Assembly (NCBI GenBank): GCA_963848295.1
Contig: CAWKDB010000010.1
Span: 2,432,001 to 2,496,000, forward strand
DNA: 64,000 nt
Direction of reading: 5' to 3'
Source: an uncultured delta proteobacterium
Lineage (GTDB): Bacteria; Myxococcota_A; Polyangia; Haliangiales; Haliangiaceae
Shown here: in pieces, positions 62,148-64,000 of the stretch
Layout: each line of letters starts with the position of its first letter
Numbering within the stretch: the stretch's first letter is position 1
Made by a program: the position numbers and the translations under genes
The notes under the pieces: generated by a model
Databases searched by the model: none
What the model saw: the letters and a program-made list of their open reading frames with translations, nothing else
What the model was told of the DNA's origin: nothing

Positions 62148-63421
62148 CGCGGGTGCTTCGCGAGCGCGTCGAGCCCCGCTCGTGCACTGGCGCGAACCTC
62201 GGCGTTCGAGTCGTCGATCGCGGCCTTGAATCGGCGCTCGGCCTCGCTCAGGTCGCGCGCGTCGACCAGCATCCAGCCGAGCATCGCGGACGCTTCGCCT
62301 CGATGATGCGAGCTCGCGTGACCGTCGCAAACGTCGCGAAACGCGGTGACGGCTGCGGCTGCGGCGGCCGCGCGCGTCGAGCTTTGCGCCGACTTCGCCA
62401 AGCGTGCGAGCGACACCGCGCGCCAGTACCGAGCGTCGTCGGCGAGCGCCCCGTCGGGAGCGAGCTCGAGTCCGCGGCCAAACGCGTCGGCGGCGCCGCG
62501 GAAGTCGCCGGAGCGCAGGGCGGCCCACGCGGCGTCGTACGCCAGCGCGTCGGCAGGCCGCGGCGCGGGCTGTAGTTGCGGCGACGGTCGGTGTCCCGGT
62601 ACGACCACCGGCGACGGTGGTCGATGAATGGCGACCCGAGGTGACATCGGGATCGGCGCCGGCGCGGCAACCTGGGCTCGCTCGACCACGACCGCCGGGG
62701 GCGCGGCCGCCGTGACCTCGGGCGGATGCCAGCTCTCACCGCCGTGCAGCACGGTCGTCGGCTGGCCGGCTGGACGGACCTCGACGCGGCCGTGCACCAC
62801 GTTCACCGCGACGAGGTGATCGCGATCGGCGGTCACGCTAAACGCCGTACCGCGGACCTCGACCTCGCCATCGCCGACGACGACTCGGAACCGCTCGCCC
62901 GGCGCGAGCGGCGACACCTCGACGTCGATCGTGCCATCCCGCAGGCGCGCGACCTCGTCGGGCGGTTGCGACGTCGTCGCGACCAACGCGCGCGCGTGCG
63001 GATAGATCGTACCGTGCGCGACGTGCTCCGGTACGTGAGGCGCGACGACGACGATCGCGACCGCGGCGGCCGCGACCGCGGCGAGCCCGAGCCCGACGCT
63101 CGCTCCGATCATGATCGACACGCGCCGGCGCCGCCGCGGTTGGATCGCCATCGGCAACGGCATCGCGAGCAACGCGGTGCGAACCTCTTCGCGATGGCTC
63201 GAGCTCGGCACGTCGACCGGGAGCTCGCGCGCGAACCGCAACGCGGCGTCGAGCTCTTGCCACGCGGCGCGACAGCTCGCGCAACTCTCGATGTGCGCGG
63301 CGAGGTTCGCGTCGATCGCACCGCGCCGCCATTCGGCTGCGCTGACGCCCGGGGCCATGCCCCGCGCGTCGAGACCAGCGCCAGCCGCGCGCAACAGCTC
63401 GCGTTCGCGCTTGCACGTCAT
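62144..63421 (-). CDS. Anti-sigma factor with ZAS motif, TM, FecR domain and TPR-like C-terminus
   Basis: [36 protein letters not shown]. Confidence 0.8.
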   Translation of the reverse strand: MTCKRERELLRAAGAGLDARGMAPGVSAAEWRRGAIDANLAAHIESCASCRAAWQELDAALRFARELPVDVPSSSHREEVRTALLAMPLPMAIQPRRRRRVSIMIGASVGLGLAAVAAAAVAIVVVAPHVPEHVAHGTIYPHARALVATTSQPPDEVARLRDGTIDVEVSPLAPGERFRVVVGDGEVEVRGTAFSVTADRDHLVAVNVVHGRVEVRPAGQPTTVLHGGESWHPPEVTAAAPPAVVVERAQVAAPAPIPMSPRVAIHRPPSPVVVPGHRPSPQLQPAPRPADALAYDAAWAALRSGDFRGAADAFGRGLELAPDGALADDARYWRAVSLARLAKSAQSSTRAAAAAAAVTAFRDVCDGHASSHHRGEASAMLGWMLVDARDLSEAERRFKAAIDDSNAEVRASARAGLDALAKHPR

Positions 63422-63999
63422 CGCGACCTCTGCTCGACGGCGGCGCGCACGGCTCTACGCGCGTGGCCGAGCCGGCGCCACAGCATCGACTCCGAGATCT
63501 CGAGGGCGCGCGCGACCTCGGCGCCGGGCAGCTGTTCGAGATCGCACAAGATGAACGCGACCTGATGCTCGTGTGGCAGCGCCGCGATCGCGATCGCGAT
63601 CTGACGCAGCAACTTCTTGCGATCGATCTCGGCGTCGGGCGCCGCCGCGACCGCATCGAGATCTTCGACGAACCTAGCTTGATGGACGCGCCGGCGCTGC
63701 TCGCCCCGCAGCTGATGACGTGCGAGGTTCGCGGCGACGCCGAGGATCCAGGTCTTGACCGAGGACGATCCGCGATACGCACCGGCGTTGCGCTGGACCG
63801 CCAAGAAAGTCGACTGCACGAGATCGTCGCGCGCGAGCTCGTCGGTCGTCGCGAGCCGCGCCGCGAACCGATAGACCGCGACGCTAAACCGGTCGAACAA
63901 CGCGCCGAGGGCCGCGGAATCACCGGTCGCGCACGCGGCGAGCAGCGCCTCGTCGGACAACTCCGCGATCGCACCTTGCGAGCGCCGCAGCGGGAGCAG
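63418..63999 (-). CDS. ECF sigma factor (5' end outside the window)
   Basis: DDLVQSTF; TWILGVAAN; FILCDLEQL; RLGHARR; frame open to the window edge. Confidence 0.88.
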   Translation of the reverse strand: MLPLRRSQGAIAELSDEALLAACATGDSAALGALFDRFSVAVYRFAARLATTDELARDDLVQSTFLAVQRNAGAYRGSSSVKTWILGVAANLARHQLRGEQRRRVHQARFVEDLDAVAAAPDAEIDRKKLLRQIAIAIAALPHEHQVAFILCDLEQLPGAEVARALEISESMLWRRLGHARRAVRAAVEQRSR

Positions 64000-64000
64000 C

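Overview
High-GC bacterial DNA whose gene content suggests Myxococcota, Kofleriaceae/Haliangium-like (inference from Cys-rich CGNG..GE.CD repeat proteins, ECF/FecR pairs, DUF2330-type genes and many lipoproteins). Single-base frameshifts cluster at 1-6.8 kb and 44.5-50.6 kb, with isolated ones at ~22.44 and 25.75 kb; they look like long-read assembly errors. About 4.5-41.7 kb is a surface-glycan island. It holds at least nine polytopic GT-C-like membrane proteins, two polyprenyl-phosphate GT2 enzymes, two methyltransferases, rmlC-rmlD-rmlB, a dispersed ADP-heptose pathway (hldA, gmhB, an unusual gmhA-hldC fusion) and a GT9. It also carries two near-identical DUF2330-type genes that differ in a swapped 28-aa loop, a Phd-VapC pair, and a TolC/HlyD/ABC exporter. 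The right third is housekeeping and regulatory: add, cystathionine gamma-synthase/lyase, Omp85, three ECF sigma loci, an RRM protein, bioB and pduO. The most unusual observation is that two end-truncated pieces of defence/mobile genes (an AbiEi-AbiEii toxin-antitoxin piece and an HNH nuclease piece) each exactly fill the gap between two convergent genes and are bounded on both sides by CTAG, which supplies those genes' stop codons. An equivalent unfilled junction, one CTAG shared by two convergent genes, lies at 55882. Other notable features are an internally deleted RAYT-like transposase beside a repeat-rich non-coding segment, apparent leaderless promoters, and heavy TAG stop usage. No rRNA, tRNA or CRISPR array was found. 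All family assignments come from motif recognition, not database searches.
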